Part shown: positions 39,927-48,606 of the stretch, one piece after another
How positions within the stretch are numbered: position 1 is the first letter of the stretch
How the letters are laid out: every line of letters starts with the position of its first letter
Assembly: GCA_964350795.1 (NCBI GenBank)
Contig: CAYGLI010000004.1
Span: forward strand, 1 to 56,681
Length of the DNA: 56,681 nucleotides
Direction of reading: 5' to 3'
Source of the DNA: an uncultured Micavibrio sp.
Lineage (GTDB): Bacteria; Pseudomonadota; Alphaproteobacteria; Micavibrionales; UBA1664
Notes under the pieces: model-generated
What the model was told of the DNA's origin: nothing
The model's input: the letters and a program-made list of their open reading frames with translations, nothing else
The model's database searches: none
Program-made: the position numbers and the translations under genes

Positions 39927-40457
39927 ATGAAGATAATTTTAATGATTTTAGCCGGCCTTGCGCTGTGGGGATGTTCAACAATGGATGTGAGCGATTATAA
40001 AAACACGACACCTGAATTGGTTTTAGAGGATTATTTCAACGGAAAAACCGTTGCAACAGGTGTGTTTATGGACAGGTTCGGCACGGTTCGTCGTCGATTC
40101 ACCGTTGATTTAGAGGGCACATGGGACGCCGAGGCACAAACATTAAAATTGGTTGAGGATTTTATCTATGATGATGGTGAAACCGAACAACGCATATGGA
40201 ACCTCACAAAAATAGGCGACAAAACATTCGAAGGGTTCGCCGATGGTGTTGTAGGCATCGCCAACGGTGAATTATCAGGCAATGCCTTTAATTGGCATTA
40301 CACATTTGATTTACCCGTGGGTGACAAAACATGGCGCGTCAAATTCGATGATTGGATGTATTTAATGCCAAACGGAACATCCCTATTCAACAAGGCCAGC
40401 ATTTACAAATACGGAATCCGATTGGGTGATGTGTATTTGTTTTTTGAGAAGGGTTAG
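39927..40457 (+). CDS. DUF3833 family lipoprotein
   Basis: 176 aa. Lipobox LALWGCS, and DYFNGKTVATGVFMDRFGTVRRRFTVDLEGTWD matches my recollection of the DUF3833 pattern. Confidence 0.7.
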   Translation: MKIILMILAGLALWGCSTMDVSDYKNTTPELVLEDYFNGKTVATGVFMDRFGTVRRRFTVDLEGTWDAEAQTLKLVEDFIYDDGETEQRIWNLTKIGDKTFEGFADGVVGIANGELSGNAFNWHYTFDLPVGDKTWRVKFDDWMYLMPNGTSLFNKASIYKYGIRLGDVYLFFEKG

Positions 40458-40459
40458 GT

Positions 40460-40668
40460 TTATAGTGATTTCAAATAAGAATAATTTTATTTGAAACAAC
40501 TATCTCTGGGTTCACGCAAAGAGCGCAAAGGACACGCAAGGGTCGCAAAGAGCTCCGATTCCCTTGCGCCCTTTGCGACTTCTTAGCGACCTTCGCGTGA
40601 ACGATTACAATGCCTACGGCGTTACAGTTTTATCAGGTAAGACAGTATTCTATATAGAAATCACTATA
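40460..40668. repeat. Composite palindromic element: 12-bp terminal inverted repeats enclosing a 91-bp CGCAAAG-unit palindrome
   Basis: tatagtgatttc (40460-40471) and gaaatcactata (40657-40668) are perfect reverse complements. Inside, 40511-40601 has four 10-bp units (cacgcaaaga gcgcaaagga cacgcaaggg tcgcaaagag), a 9-nt spacer, and the inverted copy. Confidence 0.65.
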
Positions 40669-40690
40669 TTTAAAAATCTCAACAGGATAT

Positions 40691-41440
40691 TTACATTTTT
40701 CCCTTTGTTCCTTTTTGGATGAGTGGAATCGAGAGTGAATAAGGCAATGCGCCAATTCGTCGAAGGAGGCGCGAGAACAACCAAGGGAATGTAATTTCAA
40801 ACGACCCACGTTTCATACCCTTAATAATATGATCCGCGGCCTTTTCGGGCGTGATAATCATCGGCATATCAAAATCATTTTGTGCGGTCAGGGGTGTTTC
40901 AACAAATCCAGGGTTAATCACCTGAACCGTAATATCGGTTTCATACAACTCTATCGCCAAGGCCTCGCACAAATTAATCAATGCGGCCTTTGTCGGGCCA
41001 TACGATAGTGACCGTGGTAAACCGTGATACCCGGCAACAGACGCCGTAATGGCAATATGCCCTTTGCCTTTTTGGCGAAGATATTTCAAAACAGGCTCTA
41101 AAATATTTCCCGTTCCCTCGACATTAATTTTGAAATGTTTGTTAAATCGCTCGGCGGTGAATTCTTCGACTGTGTCTGGTTCATATGTTCCCGCGCATTG
41201 AATGACGGAATCAAAATCACCAATTTTTTCCATCGCGCCCGCAATTGACCGTGGGTCTGTGACATCGACAGGTACAGCCGTTATTTTATTAGAATATGAC
41301 GCAACATCTTTTAATTTATCTTCTGACCTTGCCGACACAACAACATCTTTGCCCTCATCAGCCAATTTTTTCGCCAAGGACGCGCCAATTCCCGTTGATG
41401 CACCAATAATCCATATTTTTTTAATATCGCTGTAATCCAT
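40691..41440 (-). CDS. Short-chain dehydrogenase/reductase
   Basis: Start taken at MDYSDIKKIWIIGASTGIG, with AAGAGG 8 nt upstream. The SDR catalytic pattern S...YGPTK is present. The track ORF extends to 41509. Confidence 0.85.
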   Translation of the reverse strand: MDYSDIKKIWIIGASTGIGASLAKKLADEGKDVVVSARSEDKLKDVASYSNKITAVPVDVTDPRSIAGAMEKIGDFDSVIQCAGTYEPDTVEEFTAERFNKHFKINVEGTGNILEPVLKYLRQKGKGHIAITASVAGYHGLPRSLSYGPTKAALINLCEALAIELYETDITVQVINPGFVETPLTAQNDFDMPMIITPEKAADHIIKGMKRGSFEITFPWLFSRLLRRIGALPYSLSIPLIQKGTKGKM

Positions 41441-41497
41441 GTCTGTTACCTCTTTCATCTTTATGTTACATATAGTTATACGCTTAGTTATCGAGAA

Positions 41498-42442
41498 TTG
41501 TTCATGCAAATTTATCTGCCAATCGCCGAAATGGCCGTACAGGCCGAAACAATTGCCTTTTTAGGGGCGGTTGTTGGCATTATATCAGGCATATTTGGCA
41601 TTGGTGGTGGTTTTTTAACAACACCATTTTTGATCTTTATGGGCATCCCCCCTGCCGTTGCGGTTGGAACACAGGCAAGCCAACTTGTCGCCTCATCATC
41701 CACCGCCGTTATTGGCCATTGGAAAAAACGTAATATTGATATGAAGATGGCGAGCGTTTTATTGGCCGGCGGTTTTATTGGAACGATATCAGGAACATTT
41801 ATTTTTAAATTATTACAGGCACTGGGACAGGTTGATTTGGCCATTTCCGTTCTTTACGTCTTATTCCTCTGTTCGATTGGCGGCATGATGTTGAGTGAGA
41901 GCCTGACCACACTCATCAAAAGCCGAAAAAAGAATTTATCTGAGGACGAGGCCACCTCATCCGCCCCTGAAAAAATCAGCCGATATCAAAAATTAAAAGA
42001 TAACCTGCCCTATAAAATGGGATTCCCTGAATCCCGATTATATATCAGTGCCATTATACCCCTCACCATTGGTTTGGTTGGTGGGTTGATGGTGTCGATT
42101 ATGGGGATTGGCGCGGGGTTCTTGCTTGTCCCTGCCATGATTTATATGTTGCGTATGCCACCTTTGTTGGTTGCGGGCACATCCCTTATTCAAATTTTGG
42201 TAACGTCCGCCATGGCCTGTGTCCTTCATGCCGTTACCAACCAAACCGTTGATTTGATATTGGCGATTATCCTGATTGGCGGCAGCGTCGTTGGCGCGCA
42301 AATTGGTGTTCGCCTATCCCGATTTGTCCGTGGTGCAATGGCGCGTTTTATATTGGCGTCTATCATTATGATTGTGGGCTTGAAATTAGGCAGTGAGCTG
42401 CTCATCGCCCCTGCCAACCTCTATTCGATTGTGGTGCAGTGA
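41498..42442 (+). CDS. TSUP (TauE/SafE, DUF81) family membrane transporter
   Basis: 314 aa. Two homologous 4-TM halves each carry a GIGGGFL/GIGAGFLLVP motif. Confidence 0.85.
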   Translation: MFMQIYLPIAEMAVQAETIAFLGAVVGIISGIFGIGGGFLTTPFLIFMGIPPAVAVGTQASQLVASSSTAVIGHWKKRNIDMKMASVLLAGGFIGTISGTFIFKLLQALGQVDLAISVLYVLFLCSIGGMMLSESLTTLIKSRKKNLSEDEATSSAPEKISRYQKLKDNLPYKMGFPESRLYISAIIPLTIGLVGGLMVSIMGIGAGFLLVPAMIYMLRMPPLLVAGTSLIQILVTSAMACVLHAVTNQTVDLILAIILIGGSVVGAQIGVRLSRFVRGAMARFILASIIMIVGLKLGSELLIAPANLYSIVVQ

Positions 42443-43170
42443 TGATAAGAATTTTATTTATACTGATATTATTTTTATCAATACCAGCCAATGCCGAATT
42501 AACGATTGATATTTCCGAACCCACGTTAGAGGTCTCGACAGGGTTCACAGGTGACACATTAACATTATTTGGAACGTCAAAGCCCAAGGGCGATATTGTT
42601 ATCCTGATTAAGGGGCCAAAACGCGACACAATTATTCGCCGTAAAAAGGATATATTAGGTTTATGGATTCACGCTCAATCCGTCAAATTTAATGATGTCT
42701 ATGGTTATTACAATGTTGCATCATCGCGCCCTATGGCTGACATTGCCTCGCCAGAAATTCGTGCGCAATATAGTATGGGGATTAACAGCCTGCGCCTCAC
42801 CCCAACCGATAGTGATATTTCAAACGCCAAGAAAAACAGATTTCAAGAAGCTCTTATCCAAAACAAGCAATTAAGCGGCCTCTACGCCCTTACCCCCAAT
42901 GCGGTTGATTATATCAATGATACATTATTCAAAACGCGTATCACCATGCCCGCCAATGTGCCATTGGGTAATTACGAAATTGAAGCGTTTTTATTTAACA
43001 ATGGCAAATTAATCGACCGCGCCACCCACCCGTTTTATATTGAACAGGTTGGCATGGCCGCGAATGTCCATGATTTTTCACAAGACAGCCCATTTTGGTA
43101 TGGTATCACCGTTATCTTAATTGCCCTGCTATCCAGCTTTCTTGCCATTTTATTATTAAGGAGAGAATAA
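42439..43170 (+). CDS. TIGR02186/Alph_Pro_TM-like membrane protein
   Basis: 243 aa with a signal peptide and a single C-terminal TM. It overlaps the TSUP gene by 4 nt, a pairing I recall as typical of this alphaproteobacterial family. Confidence 0.6.
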   Translation: MMIRILFILILFLSIPANAELTIDISEPTLEVSTGFTGDTLTLFGTSKPKGDIVILIKGPKRDTIIRRKKDILGLWIHAQSVKFNDVYGYYNVASSRPMADIASPEIRAQYSMGINSLRLTPTDSDISNAKKNRFQEALIQNKQLSGLYALTPNAVDYINDTLFKTRITMPANVPLGNYEIEAFLFNNGKLIDRATHPFYIEQVGMAANVHDFSQDSPFWYGITVILIALLSSFLAILLLRRE

Positions 43171-43171
43171 A

Positions 43172-43684
43172 ATGACCACCGATGAAGACCAACAAACACC
43201 ATTTACAGGAACCCGCCGCGGCGATGGTGGCACCTATCTCATTATTGCCGATGGCACAGATGAATTTTCCGTTGCGTCCTATTACGCGTCGCGCATTGCC
43301 TTGGCACGTCGCGCCGCATTAGCGGTTGCCCATATCACTGATTTAGAAGATTTCGTCCATTGGGGAAAGGTTGAGGCCATCATGCGCCACGATTTACGCG
43401 TACAGGCAGAAAAGGATATTTGGCAAATCGCCAAGGATATTAACCAAGACCACGATTTTTACCCCAGCCTGTATATCAAGGAAGGCGCCGTCGTTGATAA
43501 AATTATCGAAATCATAGAAGAAGACAAAACCATTCGCGGGCTTGTGTTAGCCGGATCATCCAATTCAAATAACCAAGGGCCATTGGTCACTTATTTCTCT
43601 GGCAAAGGGATGGGGAAATTAAGAATTCCTGTCATCATCGTGCCTGGGCATTTGGATAAAGAAGCGATTAACGCGATAACGTAG
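43172..43684 (+). CDS. Universal-stress-protein-like (USP/adenine-nucleotide alpha-hydrolase fold) protein
   Basis: 170 aa. The pattern YLIIADGTDE...LVLAGSS...PVIIVPG is USP-like. It starts 1 nt after the upstream stop. Confidence 0.55.
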   Translation: MTTDEDQQTPFTGTRRGDGGTYLIIADGTDEFSVASYYASRIALARRAALAVAHITDLEDFVHWGKVEAIMRHDLRVQAEKDIWQIAKDINQDHDFYPSLYIKEGAVVDKIIEIIEEDKTIRGLVLAGSSNSNNQGPLVTYFSGKGMGKLRIPVIIVPGHLDKEAINAIT

Positions 43685-43710
43685 GGATAATAAGAGAGAA
43701 GGATATCCTA

Positions 43711-44046
43711 TCAATCACCCTCACCCTCATTTGGTGAGAAAAACTCCATTTTATCCTTTTTATCTTTGAATTCTTCGGCCTCGGGCAATGGATCTTTCTT
43801 ACGGGTGATAACAGGCCATAATTCGGAATAATCACGATTTAATTCCAAGAATTTTTCTGCCTCTGGCTCACTATCTGGGATAATGGCATCAATCGGGCAT
43901 TCGGGTTCGCACACGCCGCAATCAATGCATTCATCGGGGTGAATAACCAACATGTTTTCACCCTCGTAAAAACAATCCACGGGGCATACCTCGACACAAT
44001 CAGTATATTTACATTTGATACAAACATCGGTGACAACGAAAGTCAT
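43711..44046 (-). CDS. fdxA: 7Fe ferredoxin (3Fe-4S/4Fe-4S) FdxA
   Basis: [18 protein letters not shown]...[12 protein letters not shown] cluster motifs, 111 aa. Confidence 0.93.
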   Translation of the reverse strand: MTFVVTDVCIKCKYTDCVEVCPVDCFYEGENMLVIHPDECIDCGVCEPECPIDAIIPDSEPEAEKFLELNRDYSELWPVITRKKDPLPEAEEFKDKKDKMEFFSPNEGEGD

Positions 44047-44075
44047 GGTGAAACTATCCTTTTATTATTTTTATT

Positions 44076-44630
44076 TTATAGAATTTGACGGACTTCTTGA
44101 ACCTCTGGCACGAAATGTTTCATCATGTTTTCGATACCGTCTTTTAAGGTCATTGTCGCGGATGGACACCCCGCGCAGGCACCGCGCATGTGAAGATACA
44201 AAACACCATCTTCGAATTTATCAAACACAACATCACCACCGTCATTGGCAACCGCAGGGCGAACGCGGTCGTCCAAAATTTCAATGATTTGCGCGACAAT
44301 AGGGTCGTCGGCTTGTGCATTGGCACGTTTTTGAACTTCTTCTAAATTTACAGTCGGCATACCGCTTAAGGAATGATCCATAATCGCCGCCAATACGCGT
44401 GGTTTGACCATGGCCCAATCGGATGTTTCATCCTTGGTCACGCTTACGAAATTTGACCCCAAATAAACGCCCGTCACGTCACCAATTTCGAATATCATTT
44501 TGGCCAAAGGTGAGACCGCCATCGCCTCTTCTGGTGTTCTGAAATCAAATGTTCCGTTTTCGGACACTGGCGTTCCGGGAATAAATTTAACCGCATTCGG
44601 GTTTGGTGTGGATTCGGTTTGTATAAACAT
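44076..44630 (-). CDS. NifU/Nfu-type Fe-S cluster scaffold protein
   Basis: The Nfu_N domain reads MFIQTESTPNPNAVKF, and the C-terminal NifU motif is GACAGCPSATMTLK. Confidence 0.88.
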   Translation of the reverse strand: MFIQTESTPNPNAVKFIPGTPVSENGTFDFRTPEEAMAVSPLAKMIFEIGDVTGVYLGSNFVSVTKDETSDWAMVKPRVLAAIMDHSLSGMPTVNLEEVQKRANAQADDPIVAQIIEILDDRVRPAVANDGGDVVFDKFEDGVLYLHMRGACAGCPSATMTLKDGIENMMKHFVPEVQEVRQIL

Positions 44631-44652
44631 TAAAAAATTACTTTCCTATTTT

Positions 44653-44726
44653 TGTCATCCTGAGGAGTTTACGACGAATGATCTCTTTCTCCGTGCCAGA
44701 GATTCTTCGCTATGCTCAGAATGACA
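44653..44726. repeat. Palindromic MITE-like element, copy 3
   Basis: tgtcatcctgaggagtttacgacgaatgatc...gattcttcgctatgctcagaatgaca, located between the pgk stop and the nfu start. The track ORF 44500-44724 runs through it. Confidence 0.8.
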
Positions 44727-44731
44727 ATAAG

Positions 44732-45910
44732 CTAGCCCTCTTCGTCTTCAAAATCAAGTGCGGCGATGGCGGGCAGCTCTTTCCCCTCTAACCATTCCAA
44801 AAATGCGCCACCCGCGGTGGAAACGTATGTCATGTCGTTCACAACACCTGCATGCGCCAGCGCGGCAACCGTGTCGCCACCACCCGCGATGACCTTTAGA
44901 TCACCTGATTGTACCTTTGCCGCAACATATTGAGCAACCTTGACTGTGCCCTGATCAAATGGTGCAATTTCAAACGCACCCAACGGGCCGTTCCAAACAA
45001 CCGTTTTGCATTGTTCCAAAAGAGATTTTAGCGATTCAACCGTATCATCACCAATATCCAACACCATGCGGTCATTTGGTACCGCCGTCATCGATACGAC
45101 ATCAAACGGGGCATCGGCCTTAAATTCCGTCGCGGCCTTACCGTCTTGGGGTAAGAATACCGAACATCCTGCCTCTTCCGCCTTATCCAAAATATCAAAT
45201 ACTTGGTCTTTCATATCTTTTTCGCACAGGCTGTTACCCATATCCATTCCAGCGGCATAAAGGAATGTGTTTGCCATACCTCCGCCCAAAATAAGGATAT
45301 CGACCTTGGAAACCAAATTATTCAACACATCCAATTTCGTGGAAATTTTTGCTCCACCAACGATTGCCGCTACAGGCCGATCAGGCTCACCCAGCGCGGA
45401 TTCCAATGCCTCTAATTCTTTCTGTAACGCTCGCCCTGCATATACGGGTAAGGCGTGTGCCAAGCCAACAATGGAACAATGATTACGGTGCGCAACGGAA
45501 AACGCGTCATTAACAAATATATCACCCAAACCGCCCGCCAATTTGGCCGTGTGTTCGGGGGTGCAATCTTGTTCTTCAGGATAAAAACGGACATTTTCCA
45601 TCAGGGTAATATCGCCCTCTGGCTCTTTCAAACAATCATCCGTGAAGGATACATCAATCCCCCATCGGTCTTTTAATACAGGGGGAAGAATGGATAGTGA
45701 ATATTTTTCATCATATCCCTTTGGGCGACCAAGATAAGAAAAAATCGCAATGCGCGCACCTTTGTTTTTGAGTTCCAAAACGGTGTCCTTCACGCGGTCA
45801 ATTCGCGTTGTGTCGGTCACATTGCCTTGGTCGTCAACCGGCACATTGAGATCAAGACGCAGGAGAACGAGTTTGTTATTTACATCAGGGAGTCTATCGA
45901 GTGTTTTCAT
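44732..45910 (-). CDS. pgk: Phosphoglycerate kinase
   Basis: 392 aa. LLRLDLNVP near the N-terminus, STKLDVL, and the C-terminal STAGGAFLEWLEGK. Confidence 0.96.
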   Translation of the reverse strand: MKTLDRLPDVNNKLVLLRLDLNVPVDDQGNVTDTTRIDRVKDTVLELKNKGARIAIFSYLGRPKGYDEKYSLSILPPVLKDRWGIDVSFTDDCLKEPEGDITLMENVRFYPEEQDCTPEHTAKLAGGLGDIFVNDAFSVAHRNHCSIVGLAHALPVYAGRALQKELEALESALGEPDRPVAAIVGGAKISTKLDVLNNLVSKVDILILGGGMANTFLYAAGMDMGNSLCEKDMKDQVFDILDKAEEAGCSVFLPQDGKAATEFKADAPFDVVSMTAVPNDRMVLDIGDDTVESLKSLLEQCKTVVWNGPLGAFEIAPFDQGTVKVAQYVAAKVQSGDLKVIAGGGDTVAALAHAGVVNDMTYVSTAGGAFLEWLEGKELPAIAALDFEDEEG

Positions 45911-46287
45911 TTGACTTCATCTTTCCCCTCGCCATAAGGGGGAGGGCTAGGGAGGGGGTTTACGGTGTTTATTATTTCTTCCAACACGCCCTCAATATTA
46001 TTCATTACATCATTATTCCAAAATCTTAGAACAATGAAACCTTTTTCATTTAAATCTTTTGTACGTTGTGCATCATATTCAATATTATCTGCATGTTGTC
46101 CGCCATCAATTTCAATAATCAACCGTTTTTCGAAACATAAAAAATCGACTATATATTTATCAATGGGGACTTGCCTTCTAAATTTCAAATTATTCAATTG
46201 TTTCCGTCGAACATGATACCAGAACTTTAATTCTGGCTCTGTTTGATTTTTCCTCAGGTTTTGAGATAGAGTTTTTAAATCTGGCAC
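45907..46287 (-). CDS. DUF559 (Vsr-like) endonuclease domain protein
   Basis: 126 aa. LRKNQTEPELKFW...FRRQ.PI..YIVDF.C....L.IE.DG..H......D..R...L...G..VLRF.N is the DUF559 pattern. The last ~13 codons (NPLPSPPPYGEGKDEVK) come from a repeat element. There is an ATGA overlap with pgk. Confidence 0.85.
   Translation of the reverse strand: MPDLKTLSQNLRKNQTEPELKFWYHVRRKQLNNLKFRRQVPIDKYIVDFLCFEKRLIIEIDGGQHADNIEYDAQRTKDLNEKGFIVLRFWNNDVMNNIEGVLEEIINTVNPLPSPPPYGEGKDEVK
45921..45960. repeat. G/C-tract hairpin element ('PLP.GEG' family), right-hand copy
   Basis: ctttcccctcgccataagggggagggctagggagggggtt. Its reverse complement aligns with 46291-46329. Confidence 0.65.
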
Positions 46288-46290
46288 CGT

Positions 46291-46329
46291 AAACCCTCCC
46301 CTTAATCCCCTCCCTCAGGTAGGGGAAAT
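46291..46329. repeat. G/C-tract hairpin element, inverted copy
   Basis: aaaccctccccttaatcccctccctcaggtaggggaaat. It lies 4 nt upstream of the DUF559 start and contains the stop and last ~9 codons (FPLPEGGD) of the SNase-like ORF. Confidence 0.65.
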
Positions 46330-47120
46330 ATAACCTCAACCTGACTAGGATGAAACACCTCTAAATACGCCCCATTATACTCCCTCACCCAACCACGGGC
46401 GCGGATTTTTTGGCTGGCTAGTTGCATGACGTTAATCCCAGCCTTAGAAAAATCACGACGAATTTGGCTTGAGGCCGCGACGGTAAAATCGTCACGCCAA
46501 TCATCACCGAAATTGAGATAGATGACATTATTTCGCGATGCGACCTTTTTTACGGTTCCCTCGACAATGACAAATCGATTTTCGACTTCCGCAACGGTGT
46601 CGGGTGTTTTGATGGCCCATGTCTCATCCGCCCAAAAACCGACTTTGGAGTCTCTGGCTTTAACTTCAGCCCCATAAATCATATCAGCCAAATCATTATG
46701 GCTTTGCGATGGATAGGCAAAGGCCAAACCCGCCTCAACCATCATCAATTGAACGAATTGACCCTCAACGGTCACATAACCCTCGTTATGCCCCAGCGCG
46801 TTAAATAATCCCCTCTCGTTATTGCGCACCTGATAGATACGCACGAACTTTTCTAGGATTACATCCTCTAGGAACTTTTTCGCGCGGGCGCCGTATTCGC
46901 CTTGTGATTGCGGATTTTCCCATGGGATATAAATTGCGGGCAGGTGAATTGTTTTGGTATTATTCACCACAAATGTTTGCCCATCGATCACTTGTGTGAC
47001 GCGTGCCTTTGGCATTGTTAATTGCAATTTTTGACGCAATTCATCATCCACGGATTGGGCGTGCCCTATTTGTGCCATGGACATGACGCAGATTAATGAT
47101 AGAAATAGATAACGAAACAT
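46302..47120 (-). CDS. Thermonuclease (SNase-like) family secreted protein
   Basis: Start taken at MFRYLFLSLICVMSMAQIGHA (signal peptide); the track ORF extends to 47204. VIDGQTF...LPAIY and later ...GFWADE resemble staphylococcal-nuclease-fold proteins. Confidence 0.6.
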   Translation of the reverse strand: MFRYLFLSLICVMSMAQIGHAQSVDDELRQKLQLTMPKARVTQVIDGQTFVVNNTKTIHLPAIYIPWENPQSQGEYGARAKKFLEDVILEKFVRIYQVRNNERGLFNALGHNEGYVTVEGQFVQLMMVEAGLAFAYPSQSHNDLADMIYGAEVKARDSKVGFWADETWAIKTPDTVAEVENRFVIVEGTVKKVASRNNVIYLNFGDDWRDDFTVAASSQIRRDFSKAGINVMQLASQKIRARGWVREYNGAYLEVFHPSQVEVIFPLPEGGD

Positions 47121-47139
47121 AACCACAGTGATGACAAAT

Positions 47140-48606
47140 ATGCAGACATACTTCAAGCTGATTCTTTTATTTCCTCTTTTGACATTGGCGGCCTGCTCCA
47201 CCAATCAGGCCACAGGGCGTAATCAATTCACGGGGTTGATGCCCGCGTCTCAAGAGGCCCAGATTGGCGCGCAAGAACATGAAAAAATATTGGCGCAATA
47301 TGGTGGCGTTGTAAAAGACAAAGCCTTACGTGATTACGTAACACGTGTTGGGCAAAAACTTGTCCCTTTCACGGAACGCCAAGACGTCAAATACACATTT
47401 ACATTACTGGATAGCCCCGTTGTTAACGCATTCGCCTTGCCAGGCGGATATGTTTATATCACACGTGGTATTTTAACATTGGCCAATAATGAATCCGAAT
47501 TGGCGGGTGTTATCGGCCACGAAATTGGCCATGTCACAGCACGGCACAGCGCCGAGCGTTATTCAACATCTGTTGTCACAAGCATTGGCGCAAGCATCCT
47601 ATCCGCGGCAATCAAGGTTGATGGCGCGTCCCAAGCCCTCGGGTTAGGAGCGAATTTATATTTAAGCAGTTATTCAAGATCCCAAGAACATGAATCCGAT
47701 GATTTGGGTATTCGTTACCTATCCCGCGCGGGATATGACCCGATGGGTATGGCGAATTTCCTCAAGGCACTTGATGCCTCTGCCGCGCTTGAGGCGAAAG
47801 AAGCAGGGCAAAAAACAAATAGTGCCCCTAATTATTTCTCTACGCACCCTGTCACCGCCGAACGTGTTTCACGATCCATCGCCGAGGCTCAAAAATATCC
47901 TAATGGCCCAAACGCAACAAACCGTATAGATTACATGAAGGCGATTAGTGGAATGACAGTTGGCGACAGCGCTGAACAAGGTTTTGTTGATAGTGGAAAA
48001 TTTGTACATCCAGAATTAGGATTTATCTTTGATATTCCCAACAATTACAAAACTGAAAATTCCGCAGCATCCTTTGTGGCACAATCAAAATCCAATAATG
48101 GCGGAACCCTTATTTTTACTGGTGGTACAAAAAAACAAGGGCAATCCATCGAGGATTATTTGCGTCAAGTCGTCTTAAAGGGCGACATGTCCAATGCGCG
48201 TGATTTCGGCACAAATACGATTAACGGTTTCAAAACCGCATCGGTTGAGCGCACAGGGTCAATCAATGGCGTCAAATCAAATATCCGTATTATTGTCATT
48301 GAATGGGATGCCGATACGATTTACCAAATGGTTTTGGCCATGCCTATTGGATTGTCTGCAACAGAAGTGAGTGCATTACAATCCGCTGCTTTTAGCTTTA
48401 AGCGTCTATCGCCATCTGATAAAAACAAATATAGACCCAAAACATTATCAATGCGCGTTGCAAAATCCGGTCATACCGTCGCCGCAATGTCTGCGCGATT
48501 CCCCTATAATGACGGATTAAACGAAGAACGCTTCCGCGTCATTAATGGAATGGGTGCAGGCGAACAACCCCGCGCCAACCAGGCCTATAAGGTTATTGTG
48601 CAGTAG
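47140..48606 (+). CDS. M48 family zinc metalloprotease lipoprotein
   Basis: Start taken at MQTYFKLILLFPLLTLAACS (lipobox). HEIGHVTARH zinc motif plus a downstream E. The track ORF starts at 47128. Confidence 0.85.
   Translation: MQTYFKLILLFPLLTLAACSTNQATGRNQFTGLMPASQEAQIGAQEHEKILAQYGGVVKDKALRDYVTRVGQKLVPFTERQDVKYTFTLLDSPVVNAFALPGGYVYITRGILTLANNESELAGVIGHEIGHVTARHSAERYSTSVVTSIGASILSAAIKVDGASQALGLGANLYLSSYSRSQEHESDDLGIRYLSRAGYDPMGMANFLKALDASAALEAKEAGQKTNSAPNYFSTHPVTAERVSRSIAEAQKYPNGPNATNRIDYMKAISGMTVGDSAEQGFVDSGKFVHPELGFIFDIPNNYKTENSAASFVAQSKSNNGGTLIFTGGTKKQGQSIEDYLRQVVLKGDMSNARDFGTNTINGFKTASVERTGSINGVKSNIRIIVIEWDADTIYQMVLAMPIGLSATEVSALQSAAFSFKRLSPSDKNKYRPKTLSMRVAKSGHTVAAMSARFPYNDGLNEERFRVINGMGAGEQPRANQAYKVIVQ

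Noticed and set aside
44015-44724. Plus-strand ORFs 44015-44287 and 44500-44724
   Set aside because: The first lies antisense to fdxA and the Nfu-type gene. The second lies antisense to the Nfu-type gene and reads through the palindromic repeat (…HPEEFTTNDLFLRARDSSLCSE). Both are artefacts.
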